This document shows, in pieces, positions 21,913 to 35,659 of a stretch of 64,000 nucleotides of DNA. Under the pieces are notes generated by a model. It saw nothing but the letters and a program-made list of their open reading frames with translations. It had not been told where the DNA came from and made no database searches. The DNA comes from Anolis carolinensis (lineage: Eukaryota), in NCBI RefSeq assembly GCF_035594765.1, contig NW_026943822.1, positions 8,331,769 to 8,395,768 on the forward strand, in the 5' to 3' direction. Position 1 is the stretch's first letter. Each line of letters starts with the position of its first letter. The translations under genes were made by a program, and so were the position numbers.

Positions 21913-22925
21913 TCATTCTGCTCTGTAGGAACATCAAGCAACTATAGACAACAAACTGAGAATAATCATGGCAGGGCTCAAGCTCAAATGGAAAGCAGCC
22001 TCTCAGAAATCCAACTTCGAATTTAGCCAAAGTTTCCAGCTTTTGTAATGTCTTGAAGAACATAGGTCACGATGCTCAAAAGCAACGCTTCCTTATCTTT
22101 GCAATGGCAAAACCAATTTAGAAAAACTGCAGAATGAGCCAAGCAAATTCCCTTACATGAGACTGTTCCCATTTGGGCTTCTGACTTTCAACATCATGTT
22201 TTAATCTCGTCCCGGATCATTATTTCAAACATGGAGTGACCCTGGCTTGAGAAACAAATGCTTGGAAGCCTTATTATGTTTCCAGGGAGATGACAAAGGG
22301 TGATATAACAATGGACAACAACAGCAACGGGAACCGGAAACACATGTGTGTGTGTGTGTGTGTGTGTGTTATATATATATATATATATTTAAAGACAAGT
22401 TTAATAAACAAATCAAAGCAATCTCATATTACTGTCATCGTGGGATAGATGGTTGAAGTGCTATTGGGGACATGCTTCCCTGTGCATAGTTTTTTAAATG
22501 CAGTGATGTGCTTGAGTAGGGTTTTTTTCATCCAAGGTTTCAAAGTCCTGGGATTCAACTTCAGCTTAAACATATATTTTGAGAACTTATTATACTTCCT
22601 TTAAATCTATATTGCAATGGAGGTAATGCTGCTCATATGATCCATGTTTTTCAAGGCAGTGCAAAGGTTAGAAATGTTTTAGCCTGAGCACGAAATCTGA
22701 AATTGAATTTTCGTGTTTGAGCATGAACCCTGCCATGTTTCGTCTCATATTTATTCTCCATTTGTTGTATTTGTGCTGGCTATGTATTATATGCACTGGA
22801 TGGTGGGTATTAGCATGCTTTAACCATGCTGCAATTTGCCATTGTACTTCATTAGCTAGGAAAGGATTTATCTTTGCCTGGTAGATGCCTGCAGCTGCAA
22901 AAGGAAGTAGTAACTGGCAAAGTAG

Positions 22926-23128
22926 GAACCCCCGGTGACGCAATGGGTTACACCCTTGTGCCGGCAGGACTGACGGAAAGGTCAGCGGGTCGAATCCAGG
23001 GAGCGGGGTGAGCTCCCATCTGTCAGCTCCAACTTCCCATGCGGGGACATGAGAGAAGCCTTCCACAGGATAGCCAAACATCTAGGCATCCCCTGGGCAA
23101 CATCCTTCTAGAAGGCCAATTCTCTCAA
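22926..23128 (+). mobile_element. tRNA-derived SINE, second family
   Basis: GGTGACGCAATGG A box and GGTCGAATCC B box. Confidence 0.75.
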
Positions 23129-23266
23129 CAACCACAACAACAACAAACTTTATTTATACAGTGTTCCCTCACTTATCGCTGGGTTTTTATAGCTTTTATG
23201 GTGAAACTTGCTACAATGATAGCAAGTTTGACAGGAGAAAGACAAGCAAGGTAAGCGGCTCCTTAC

Positions 23267-24052
23267 TGGAACTGTGGGCTTGTGCCTTTGGACTGGAGGG
23301 ACCCCGCCTGCAGCCGTCAGGGGCCTTGGACCACAGCGTGGAGTCAATGGTGGTGTGGGTGTCAGGGTCCCCACCAGGGATAAGTCTGAGGATGTCCCGT
23401 ATCGGAGGCTCCTACTGCTCCGGGAGCGCTGGTGGAGGGAGAAAGCCCTAGAGGCCAAGGTGGGCTCTGCCGACGTCTGGTTCAGAGGATGCATGAAGGC
23501 AGCCAGCTTCTTTTTGGCTCCTTCCAACTCGTTCTTCATGCTGCTGAACAAAAACATGGAGCGCCTCTGTTTCAGAGGAGGAGGCTTTGAGCAAGCGCTC
23601 TCTATCGGGGTCTCCATGGGCCCTGGGGAGGTCTTCGGTCTGCATTGCGGAAGGCTTAGGAATTGAGGCAAGGTGCTGGGAACGCTGTCAATCTTGTCGG
23701 ATGAAGGCCCCTCTTCTCCATAGCTTTTGACACAGTTCGTTGAGGAAGACTCTTCACCATCTGAACACTCCTCAGAATGGAGGTCCTCTTTCTCTTGATT
23801 TTTGTTCCTGGCATAGCTAAAGGTCTCGGCTGCCATGACCAGCCGCACACACCTCTGAACCGGTGTTATGTCCTTGACTTTGCTGCCAGTCATTTCGTTG
23901 TCATCAGCCAAGTACTCTTTCGAGTCCACCAGTAGCAGCCAACACGGGGGAGCTGTCGGGACCACATCAGTGGTCACTTGGTACCAGGGAATGTCTTCCC
24001 GAGAGGCAGAAGCTATCCAATACAGAACCTTCTTCTCAAGGGAGAAATCATG
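23267..24052 (-). CDS. UBAP1L: UBAP1L coding exon 2
   Basis: HDFSLEKKVL (end of the UMA domain), PTAPPCWLLLV; 786 nt, phase 0-0. Confidence 0.9.
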
Positions 24053-24248
24053 CTGTTGGGATAGAAGAAGAATGATCAATATGGCTTTATTTACAGATTT
24101 GATTAAAATGTTCTTTGTAAGAATCTCAAAATCCTCCAGCATGATCTTATGGTCAATGTTTGACCATAAATGGAACTAGAAACAAAAGGAGAACTCTGGG
24201 AGAAGCCATATTATTACTAATGCTCTTGTTCCTGTAATATCAATACAG

Positions 24249-24281
<33 letters not shown>

Positions 24282-24413
24282 CATTGTGCACATCAGGATG
24301 TCAGTACAGTTGGGCATCTCGAATTCAGGTGCAGACACGAAGTTCTCCTCACCCATGGAAGCATCGACAAAATCTATGGTCATTCGGAAAGGGACGTCTT
24401 CCAGGCAATTCAT
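24282..24413 (-). CDS. UBAP1L: UBAP1L coding exon 1 (UMA domain start)
   Basis: MNCLEDVPFRM...ILMCTM|GTAAGT; upstream acceptor at 24435. The joined CDS is 1356 nt (451 aa). Confidence 0.9.
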
Positions 24414-27400
24414 GATTTTGCTTGTTATATCACACTGTAATAAAAGGTAGTAACACAAATAAGAAGGGATTGATTTGATGATGTATTAAATTGTATATGG
24501 AAGACTTTGGACTGGGTTACTGAGCTTAAAAGATAAAACTCTTTGTCCATAATCCACTGCAAAATCTGCAGAAACAACGCCAAATTGTTGCAGCATCTGT
24601 CTTCCTGTTCCTTCACAAAAGGGAGTAAAATACTTCCCTGACTGGAGGCTAAAGATAATATTCGCAGAACTAGAGCTCCTTGCCCGATATTCCTTCTACA
24701 GAAAGTTTGGTAGAGTTCAAAAGCTACCAAACTGGGACATAAAAGGAATATTCCCTCTTCTTTGGACTTTAATCCCAGGGCGCATCTATACAGAAGAATA
24801 AGCGCAGTTTACACCACTTTAACTGCTGTGGCTCAATGCTATTGGATCCAGGGAACTGAAGATTTTCAAGGTCTTTAGCTGGTGCCTCACCAAACTACAA
24901 ATCCCAGGATTACGTAGCATAGCACCATGGTAGTTATAGTGTATCAAGAGTACATTAATCCTACAGTGTAAATGAACCCTACGTGTTGAATCTAACACCA
25001 TTCACTCCAAACCCTAGATTTAACCAAAGTGAAACACCGATATGTGTCTGTCTCTATTTATCTGTCTGTCTACCTATCTTTCTCCAAAATGTAGCCGGCT
25101 AAGTGTTTATTAATTCAACAATTGTCAAAAGGCTACTGCCGGGACTAGTTCTCCTGTTGCTTTAGAAGGGGAGAGGTGGACAGAGAGGCACCGGCTTGAC
25201 CGTCTGGCACGTGGACGTCCCTTAATGCCTTCCACATGCCGTATTTTTGGGAAGCTTGCCCAGGCGAAGGCCATCTGTCGCTATGAGGTGAAAGGCACGT
25301 CTTCCTCGCCAGTCAAGACGTACACAGCTGTCACGATGAGTAGCACAAAGGAGGGAGGGAGGGAGAGGACCTGACAGAAGCAAGAAAGAGACACGGGAAT
25401 GCTTTTCTGTTTCACTTGTCCTGTGAGCAACTACATTTGGCAAAAAGAGATGCTACCTATCTGCATCCTTTTATTACTGTCATGACTTATTGGAGAGCTG
25501 GCTTGGCAGTTTTGAGTCTTGGGCTGTGACTCTGAAGACCAGGGTTCAAATCTGCTGCTTTCAGCCATGGAAAACCACTGGGTGACCTGGGTTGAGACAC
25601 ACTCTCTCAACCTTTAGTTGGTCAAAGGTCAACCCCAGTGGTTTAAATTTTGCCAAGGAATGAGAAGACAAAATGCTAGTTGGAAGAGAACAAAAGAGCT
25701 GCCTAGGCTAGCCCCATTTGGCCATGCAAGAAGACACAATCAAAGCACTCCTGACAGATGACCAACCATTCAGCCACTGCTGAAACAACTTCACCAGACT
25801 CCCAGGTATTCTATATTCCACTGACAAAGAGCTCTTAACTGTTAGCAATTTCTTCCTAATGTGGAGGTGGAATCTCTTTTCCTGAAATTTGAACCCAATT
25901 GCTCCATTGTATCCGAGTCTCCGGAGCAGCAGAAAGAAAGCTTGCCCATCAATAGGATTGGTTTGCTGTTAAGTCAGAAATTACTTGAAGGCACACGACA
26001 AGAAGAAAGCTTGCTCTCGGGTTATGTTGTGCTTATTATGTTAAAAAAAGAAGCACACTGCCTATGGGCACATTTCTAGTTCTGGATATTAACAAGAACA
26101 GTTCAGAAGGGAAATGTTTTGCAGCTGTTCTATTTCTATCAGACTATTTCTCTCGCTAACAGACTTTATTCCTCGCTCTTCATTAACAACTTACCCCTCC
26201 AGCTTCGACAGATATACACAGTCATCCAGTCCAATACAGGATATATTACTCCTTTATTCCCCACATTAGGCTCTGTAATGAACAAAGGGATACATTTATG
26301 TCAAGATATTTTACCGTGCCTCCCTATTGCTTTTATGTTTATAAAAAAAGCTATGCAACAATCTCTGTTGCGCTTTAATGAAAGCAATGGACAAACCCAA
26401 GTTGGGACCAAAATGGCAAGGGACTGACAAACGATGACTCCTAGAAAGATTTCTATCATGGCAACTGGGATGGGGGCTTAGTAATAGATAATCTGAGTCA
26501 TGAAGAACTTAGTCAACAAATATTCATAATCCGGGAACTAGAAAAAGATATTAGGTTGCTATAAAAATGGTTTGATTGGCTGGAATTGACTGTTCCTATA
26601 AAAGCTGAAGTTCCTTACCAAAGTTGACAGCAAACATTTTAATACTATCCAGAATTTTAGGTGGCACATATCCAGTCTTGGTAGAAGTCTGACTCTATGC
26701 ACATTTGAATTAAACACGACAGAGCTATGCAACACTATGCTTTTGGGTTTCGAAGAAAGCACCACTAAAATTTAACACATTTCCACAGTATGTATAAGGC
26801 AAAAAGATTAGGACTTCATAAATAAATCTGTCTTAAAATTATTCTTTTACATCTTAGTACTCCATATATATAAACACATACATGACCTATACAGTGTTAG
26901 CTTTACCTTAGAAAGGAACCATCCAGCGGCTTGTTGGGCAGAAGGCGGAGGAGTCTTGTTGACGATCTGCTTATAATGTTTTTTTGAATGTTTACAAAGG
27001 AAGTCAGGGGAATGTAGGGCTCACTTTTCCAAAGCGGATTATCAGAGTTACTTAAGAGGTTAATCTTGTATCACCTTCGAACGAATAAGGAGCCTAACCA
27101 CTGACGGTGAAAGAAGCCATTTTTATCAATAGGCTTTGCTGTCAGATGTTAAACTCAATGTAGATTTTTTTAACTGGATGGAGAATCCTTTTATACTTGC
27201 TTTTATCTATATGTTTGCAAAGGAGGGATTTCCTGGTAGAACTCCACCTTTGTATCTGTTCTATGGCATCATCACAACTCTAAAAGTTTGTTTCAACTTT
27301 TACAGTTAGAAGAATAATTAAGAAAACGCCAGAACAACTCAGCAATGTGAAATGTTCTTTATTGTTTCAAGTATAAAAATATTAAATAGCGCAACTTGAC

Positions 27401-28405
27401 AATGTGTCAAACCAAACCATCAACAATTGATGTTTATCAAATTACATGACAACAATTTTGTTTCAAAGGAGAAAAGTAAATACATTTACAAGCTGTATCT
27501 CTTCCCATTCAGGCATTTGTACTTTCGATTTTCATAGGGCTTCACAAGCCATTCTTCCCAGTGTTCTGAGCTGCATAGTTTGCATTAAATTCAAAACACA
27601 ATATTAAACTATCTTTAATGAAATCCTGTTGGTCATTGGTAAAAACTGAAATGGTATAGCTTCCATTTCCATTCCAAACTAGGTCTGAAAATCAGTTGGA
27701 TCTTGATTTACATGGTTCTCCCAAATTATAATTTGTTCCTCTGCAAATTGGGTTGCCACAATTTTTTAAAATTAAAAGTGATATTGAATGCAACCAAAGG
27801 AAAGCAAACTCAAACACAAAGCTTTTTTACTGAATGCCAACCAGGCTTTGACAATGCACTTTTGAACTGACAGAGGTATTGTCAGCTCTCTATTATTCTT
27901 CAGTACTTTTATATGTACATCATTCAACCATCTAAATGCAATTTGTGCCAACAAATTGGCAATGCGACTGTTAATTCTCTCCATTGCTCTAACTTAGAGC
28001 TTTAGCTAAAAATCCACGTCTCTGCTCTTGGAACTGTAATGTTGACAGTGCATTCAGGACATGCCATTTCCTGACACTTTAAAAGAAAAGGGTGAAAATA
28101 TTTCACTTCTGGGGGAAAGGTGTGTTTACACTGAAACGCACAGCTGCATCACAGACAGCAACACATTCACAACAGCCGATAGTTTACAATACTGCCATGA
28201 ATGAGAAATTAAAACAGCTCTTTTAAACTATCAGCATCTTACTTCTTGAAAACAATGTCTTACTTCTGGACAAAGTATTTTATATCCTCCAGGTGTCAGC
28301 TGGGTCTGATTTGCAAGAAAAAAAAATGCAACAGACTTTTAGACTAAAGGCTTTTGCGGAATGTGTTGAACCCCTTCTGAGTTACGGAGTGGAGCTTCAA
28401 AGACA

Positions 28406-28523
28406 TCATCTGACAGCCGTGGCCCAGATATCGCTGGAAGGTGGACTGGGGAGGACCCACCCTGGAGGGACGCCTTGTCCTTCTGGGTGATCCGCCAGCA
28501 CCAAGAACCGATCCCATTCGTGC
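28406..28523 (-). CDS. PDCD7: PDCD7 (U11/U12-59K) exon 5
   Basis: HEWDRFLV...PPGWVLPSPPSSDIWATAVR*. Confidence 0.93.
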
Positions 28524-29172
28524 CTTTAGAACAGAAAAGCAATAGGTGATATATCCAGCATTGTGTCTGAAATCTATACTCTGAAAACTCAGAAATTCCC
28601 AGGTACAAGCACATTCTGGTATTTCAAAAATACCCAAATCCAGGGAATTCCTGGTATTTCAAAAACTTGGTTGGCGGCAGAGTAATTGCAGCTGGATTTG
28701 TAGACATAGTGCTTTGTTCTGTTGGAAAACAATAGCATCCTCTGCTTTACAGAAAAGAAAACAAGGAAATGGAAGAGAAGGGAGGCCCCAGCAGAACGTT
28801 CCCTTGATCCTATTTCATAGAAATATTTTAATATATATATATTACTGACTGTTTTATGATGATGTGTTTTTAACTATGCCCTGTCGTGAGGAGAGGCAGG
28901 CAAGAAATACAAATATTACTATTATTACTATCCTTATTCTTATTATTGATCTGTGACTCCAAAGTAAGGTGCAATGAATGGTTTTACTAACTGGATGCTG
29001 TTTCCATTAGAGGACTAACTACTGTAATAAGATTCTGATTAAAATTCATCTAAATAAAGGCAGGGAATAAATGTCAAAATGTGGAATTACTGCTTCCAAA
29101 CCCTGCCCACCCCCCCCCCACCCCCCCTATAATCCAAACTAATTTCCTTGCTGTAGTGCTGCTGATTCTTAC

Positions 29173-29260
29173 CTGATCTGGATGAGAGCTGGCACAGAAT
29201 ATTCAGCTTGCAAATAATATTGGGTAAAGGGTTCCAAAATGTGAGTGAGGGGGAATTCAT
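29173..29260 (-). CDS. PDCD7: PDCD7 exon 4
   Basis: DEFPLTHILEPFTQYYLQAEYSVPALIQIR; 88 nt. Confidence 0.93.
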
Positions 29261-29791
29261 CTGCAAAACATAAGACCACACCCCCAGAATCAGAATAGGA
29301 AATTATTCCAAAAAGATAGAAGTCATAAGTTATCAAACCTGCTTTTAAGCAGTTATTGACTAACATTTTAATCTAGATGTCTTTGAAATACAAATAAACC
29401 ATATATATTGATTAGCTTTGGATAGCATTGGGAAGGGTTAACACCCCTGTGGAGTTTATTTTGCTATCTGTGACCCTGTTCAGAAGATCCCACCTCACTT
29501 TCTGTCCCTGTGAGAACTGGATTTTGAACAATTTGGCTTGTTGTGGAAACAAGGATTGGGGATAAGGCTTAACTGGAGACACATTTTCCCCATAATAACA
29601 ACTCTTCCAGGAGTAAATTTTCCTTTCTAAAGTAGATTTCTCTCACTTCCTGTTGTCTCAACCCCTTTCTTAACTATGAGTTGTTTGTAAGTCAAATGTT
29701 TGCTTACTTTTACAAAGACTGCTTACAGCCTCACATTTCAAATGTATCCTCTCCTGCCCCAGGGACTTCAGCAAAAGGCTACAAAAACTAC

Positions 29792-30028
29792 CTGGGTCTC
29801 CAAAGAGTTTGGAATTCATCTCGCGCTTCTGCTGCATAAGTTTTTCTCTCTCCTTCCTCTGTTTCCTCTCCAGGTCTCTCTTTCTCTCCTCCTCCTGCTC
29901 CCCTTCCAGCATCACACGCAGAGCGCGCTCTTCAGCGTCGTAGAGCTCTGTGCGCTTCTTGATGGAAGCTCTTAAACTCTGGACTTCATTTTCAAAGGCC
30001 TCGTCTGCAGCAGCGGGTGGACAAACAC
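29792..30028 (-). CDS. PDCD7: PDCD7 exon 3
   Basis: VCPPAAADEAF...YDAEERALRVMLEGEQEEE...LFGDP; 237 nt. Confidence 0.94.
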
Positions 30029-30072
30029 CTGTACCCCAAAAGAAATGAAACAAACCAACAAAAGTATGACCC

Positions 30073-30902
30073 TGTGATGTCTCATGGGCCTTGTAGTCCC
30101 GTTCCTAGTACCATTGTGGCAGACGAAGAGGAAAACATGGGATTTACACCGTTTCAGCCAGAAACGGAGCCCCTGCACCTGCAGGATGTTTGCCCTCAAG
30201 TCAAACAAGCCTTGGGCAGAATTCTCCCCCGTTTTCTAGAAAGGACAATTATAATAAAGATAGAGGCGCTAGGGAGGCGAATCGCCGAAGCGCCAGGATC
30301 GCAGCCAAACAATTAGCTGATTAGGTCTGCTTCCCTTGGGAAATTCTAAGGAGTCTTGCATCTGGACAGAGTTGAGTTTCATTTCTAGTTCTCCAGGGAA
30401 AATGTTATTCTGGTGGGAAGCGAGACCCTATTTAGGTGTTTTCCCGCGAAGGAAACCTTGCGGAGTCAATTCGTCAGCTTGAGGAGTGAGATCGTGTGTA
30501 GACTTCGTACTCCAGTTCCAAGTTTCAAGCCGCCTTGTTTCACGGACCTTGCCACGGACCTAGTTCTTGTTCTTTGTTGCCTCGTATCAAGTCTTGCTTA
30601 GCCAAGTATCCAGTTGTTTTCCAGCCTTGTTGTCAAGCCTCCAAGGACTAAAGACCTTGTCATCTCCCCACACTTTGCTTGGCAAAGTGTGTGTTTCGGT
30701 TATTGGATTATAACTTTGGACTCTAATATCTCATATTGTACATTGTTTTCTTGGACTATATTTGACCTTTCCTGAAAGGTCTACTTCTGAACTATATTCT
30801 TCACTTGTTTTTATTGACTTTATATATTTCCTTAATAAAGATATTAGATAGGTTCTGGTCTCTGCGCACGGTTATTGGTGCTCCGCAGCCTGGGTCCTGA
30901 CA
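30073..30902 (+). mobile_element. Solo LTR (830 bp) of a second LTR family
   Basis: TG...CA ends, 5-bp TSD GACCC (30068-30072 / 30903-30907) and AATAAA at 30834. Confidence 0.88.
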
Positions 30903-31764
30903 GACCCACAGCAAGTCAGAGGAGGAACCAATTCATTTTTTACTTTCTCTTCACTTCTGAGGAGCTTTCTGGGTTCTTTCTAAGATGCTAATTATTTCAC
31001 AAAATATTTAAATACAAGTAAAAGAAATCAGAATATGAACATCTTTTAGAACAAATAAATATCTCATTTTCTTGACTGCTTGCAAAAAGGTGGTCCCTTG
31101 CCCAGCTATTTACGCAGCTAGAATTTAAAACACAATTAAAGACCCATCTCTTCTGGCAGGCCTATCTAGTTAACTTTCAATTATGAGTTTTGATTTACAT
31201 TCTATTGCTACTATATGGCAATTCTCTATCTGTGTTTGGTGCATGTTTTTTTTTTATATTTTTGTGTTTTTATCTATGTAATTTATTGTAAGCATTTTAT
31301 GCTCAGATTTTTTGGCTTTGTTGTACTCCGCCACAAGCTGTCAGGAGAGATGGATAATAAATAAAACATATTATTACTATTATTATTATTACTTTCTCTC
31401 TCTGCCCAAGACTGCAAATCCCTTTTTGTTGTCCTGTCCAACCAGTTATAGGAATTACACAAACATCAATGCTTTAAAAAACAACAACTAAAACACAACA
31501 ATTGTCCAACAGTTTGGAAGATATCTCCTTAGGCCATGATGGTCCCCAATATTTTTTTAACCATACAAGTCTTCTAGGATTTACATTTGCCACAGATCGT
31601 TAAGTCACATTTTCCTGGATAAAGTGAGGAACAGCTAATACAGAAGCAATACAAGACGCATTAATCTGAAACATTACAGCTGTAACATCAATAGCTTTAG
31701 AGGCATCCTTCAACATAGGTGGAAGTATATATAGTATTCATTTGAAATCCAAATCTTAGCTTAC

Positions 31765-31903
31765 CTTTCCTTCCTGCTGCTTCTTTCCTCAGTTTCCTCA
31801 GCTTTTCTAAACCCCTCAAAATTTCAGCCATGCGCTTGGTGTCCGCTTGCTTCTTCCTGACTTCGGACAAGACGCTGTCTGCAGCAGCTTTCAGTTCCTT
31901 TTC
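31765..31903 (-). CDS. PDCD7: PDCD7 exon 2
   Basis: EKELKAAADSVLSEVRKKQADTKRM...LRKLRKEAAGRK; 139 nt. Confidence 0.94.
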
Positions 31904-33235
31904 CTAAATGGGAGGAAAAGAAAAACCATTTATGAAGAGAAACCCCATGGACCCTTATCATCAACAGAGCTGCTGGAATATATTCTGCATAGAGACAAGC
32001 CTAATTTGTGCACAGACACACACATAGGATTTTTAAATGTTTTTATTATAGGAAACAAATCAGGATTCTAAGCCTGAAAAACCAAGCACTTTGAATTCAC
32101 ACCGTCTTTGTGAGATGAAGTCGCCTGGATGGCAACAATCAATGACAGGTCTTAAGAATACTCCTGCCACAATGGCCAATAGAGATTCTGGGATTTCTAG
32201 TCCCCCAAGTGGAAGAATGTGTTACAAGTGAGTGGAGTCAATTTTTTAAAAATATTTTTTTATTTGATTAAATGTAATTAATTTGAAACATTGTCACAAT
32301 TTTTATACATACAATGATATATTATTTTTACCCCATATGACCCATTCTATTGATTATATTCCTTTGCAATCCTATATATCTATTAATACCTATCAATTTC
32401 CCCCTCTCTCTTCCTCCCTCAGCTCCTGGTGACTGGCTCCTTACAGACTCAGGCCCTGATGGCCTGGCTGAAGCAAGGTCCAGAAGAAACACCTGCTGCC
32501 TCCAGAGGCTGGGGCATTAAAAGGAAGATGGCAGCAGAGTCCCAGTCACACAGCACCATCCAAGAGAGCCAAAGAACATCAGCAACAGCAAGCTTGGAGG
32601 AAAAGGCAGTTTTTGTCTGCTGCAGGCTGCCTTTAACCTCAGCTCCTGGTGACTGGCTCCTCACAGACTCAGGCCCTGACTGCCTGGCTGAAGCAAGGCT
32701 TAGCAGAAACATCTGTTGCCTCAAGAGGCTGGGGAATAAAAGGAGGATGCCAGCAAGGGCCCAGATCATGACAGGGGGAGGGGGGCGGGCATAGGGTGCA
32801 TCTAGATGCCATCTTTATGTTTAAATATGTTAATGATTTCAAATTGTATATATATGTTAATTGTGTCTAGTGATTTTATGTTATGTTTTGTTTGTATAAT
32901 GAGGGATTGAATTTTTGCCTAGATGTATGTTGTACTGCGCTCTGAGTCCCCTGCGGGGTGATAAGAAGCGGGATAATAATAATAAAACTTTATTTATATA
33001 CCACCCTATCTCCTCAAGGGACTCAGGGCAGTTTCCAATACAACAAAAAACATACGAAAAGTTAAAAACCATACAGCAATTAGGACACAATACCCCATGA
33101 ACATAAACGTACATGACATATAATCAATTAACAAAGGACTAACACTTAATAACAAAATTCCATTCATAAACCCAGATACAGTGTCCAGGATTCAACCCTG
33201 GAGTGGCTAAAGGTGCTAGACATGTCAACTACACT

Positions 33236-33464
33236 ACAGGAAAGGAGATTCCACCTGAACATCAGGAAGAACTTCCTCACTGTGAGAGCTGTTTGGCAGT
33301 GGAACTCTCTGCCCCGGAGTGTGGTGGAGGCTCCTTCTTTGGAGGCTTTTAAGCAGAGGCTGGATGGCCATCTGTCGAGGGGGCTTTGAATGTGATTTTC
33401 CTGCTTCTTGGCAGGGGGTTGGACTGGATGGCCTGTAAGTTCTCTTCCAACTCTATGATTCTAT
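33236..33464 (+). mobile_element. CR1 LINE 3' end
   Basis: FHLNIRKNFLTVRAV..WNSLP..VVEAPSLEAFKQRLD followed by an ATTCTAT tail. Confidence 0.88.
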
Positions 33465-34063
33465 GTGTCAGAGCTACAGTACAGAGTGGGCAAGGAAGTG
33501 GGTAAAGTGCTAAGCGAGAGCATAGCCGCGAGGGCTAAGGGAGCTCTATTCAAAGGTCTGCTGAAACCACTAGGTTTTCAGATCCTTACGAAACGAGGAT
33601 AGAGTGGGAGCTTGTCTGATCTCTCTGGGAAGGGCATTCTAGAGCTGGGGAGCCACCACCGAGAAGGCCCTCCTGGGAAGACCTTCGAGCACACATCGGT
33701 TCATAGGGGGAGATGCAATCACGGAGGTAGGCTGGAACAGAAATGAAGTAAAATTATTTATTTATTTGCGACATTTATATTATGCCCCTTCTCACCCCAA
33801 AGGGGACTCAGGGCAGCTCTCAAGTCATATGTACATAAATCTATATATATAAATGAGCTCTGACATCAAGGCGATGCATAAAACAGCATAACGACACACA
33901 CCCCAACCTCGAAAACTTTGTCTTCAATGTTGTAATTGGTCCACTTGATTAGCATTGAATACCCTTCCAGCTTCAAAGCCTGGCTGCATCCTGCCTGGGA
34001 AATCCTTTGTGGGGAGATGTAAGCTGGCCCTATGATTCTCTCCTCACGTTTCACCCACATCTA

Positions 34064-34458
34064 CCGTGTTTCCCCGAAAATAAGAAAGTCTTAATTTAAT
34101 TTTTGCCCCCAAAGATGCTCTAGGTCTTATTTTCAGGGGATGTCTTATTTTTCCATTAAGAAGAATTCACATTTATTGTTGAACCAAAAAAAATTATATA
34201 CTGTATAGTAGTTGTCATCACAAACCAGCATAACCAGACAAACTGTGAATCCTATCAAGAATTTCTTCTTACTACCATTATTTCCATGGTACATTCATTT
34301 ATCGATCCTGCATGTTCTGGTGTTCTGTTTGGCAGGCATGCTTCCAAACAAAACCTTTGCTAGGTCTTACTTTTGGGGGAGGCCTTATATTTAGCAACTC
34401 AGCAAAACTTCTACTAGGTCTTATTTTCTGTGGATGTCTTATTTTAGGGGAAACAGGG
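34064..34458. mobile_element. Tc2/pogo-like MITE
   Basis: TIRs CCGTGTTTCCCCGAAAATAAG / CTTATTTTAGGGGAAACAGGG with TA flanks. It sits within a probable composite Helitron at 33840-35110. Confidence 0.8.
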
Positions 34459-35659
34459 TATGTCAGGTATCCAGAGGTTATGAGGTCTATTGGAAACTAG
34501 GCAAGTAGGGGTTTATACATATGTGCAATAATGTCCAGGGTGGAGGAAACCGCTTTTGTCTTCAATGATATAATTGGTCACCTTGATTACAATTGAATAG
34601 CCTTACAGCTTCAAAGCCTAGCTGCATCCTACCTGGGGAAATCCTTTCTTGGGAGATGTAAGCTGGCCCTATGGAACCCCCCGGTGGCATAATGGGTTAA
34701 ACCCTTATGACTTGAAGGTTAGCTTCCTCTTCCCACGAATCCAACCCAAGAGGACTGCAGATAAGCTCCTTCTATCACCTCCACCTCCATGCGGGGACAT
34801 TTATTTATTTATTTATTTATTTTTCAAACTTATATGCCGCCACTCCCCTAGGGCTCGGAGCGGCTTACAAGAACCGGCTAAAATCAACAATTTAAAAACA
34901 TCTTAAAAACATCTTTAAAAAACATCTTAAAAATATCTTTAAAAACATCCTAAAAGCACCTTTTAAAACATCAACAACAGAACTCAAAAGCCTGTCGAGA
35001 AAACCCTCCCACAAAGATGGTAAAAAACATTCAAGCAACGTCCCCCCAGGCAACGTCCTTCCAGATGGCCAATTCTCTGCCCAACAAAACATTCTTACAG
35101 CCACAGCTAGTATATTATATTATTCGTATAGCACAAAAATAAGCATTATATATTACTATATTGTACTATAACACTATATTGTAATATAAAGATACCATTA
35201 TAATAGTGTATTATTATTATATTGCATTACATTATTATATTATATATACTATATGCGTAGGAAGGTTAAAACTTGGTTGTGGGGCCAGGCTTTCAAATAA
35301 CAACTAGCAGCGCTAATTATTATTATGTACGCCAGAACTTAATCGACAGACCCAGTCTTTTGAACTTGAAAACGGCCACCTGTATTTTAGAATGTGCTTA
35401 TGAATGTTGATGTAAGCTAATAATTTTTAATCTGATTTATAATGTACTGTAGTTTTTATATGTGTGTTTTATTGTAAGCCGCCCTGAGTCCTCTGTTGGG
35501 TGAGAAGGGCGGGATATAAATGTTGTAATAAATAAATAAATATTGTATTACATTAAATAAATATACAAATTATTGGAGTTGAAGTCCAAAACACCTGGAG
35601 GGCTGAAGTTTGCCCATGGCTGTTATATAAGATGGGATGCCTACAATGAAGGGAAGGGG

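Noticed and set aside
23150-24142. 330-aa ORF as a stand-alone gene
   Set aside because: It is UBAP1L exon 2 with intronic read-through on both sides.
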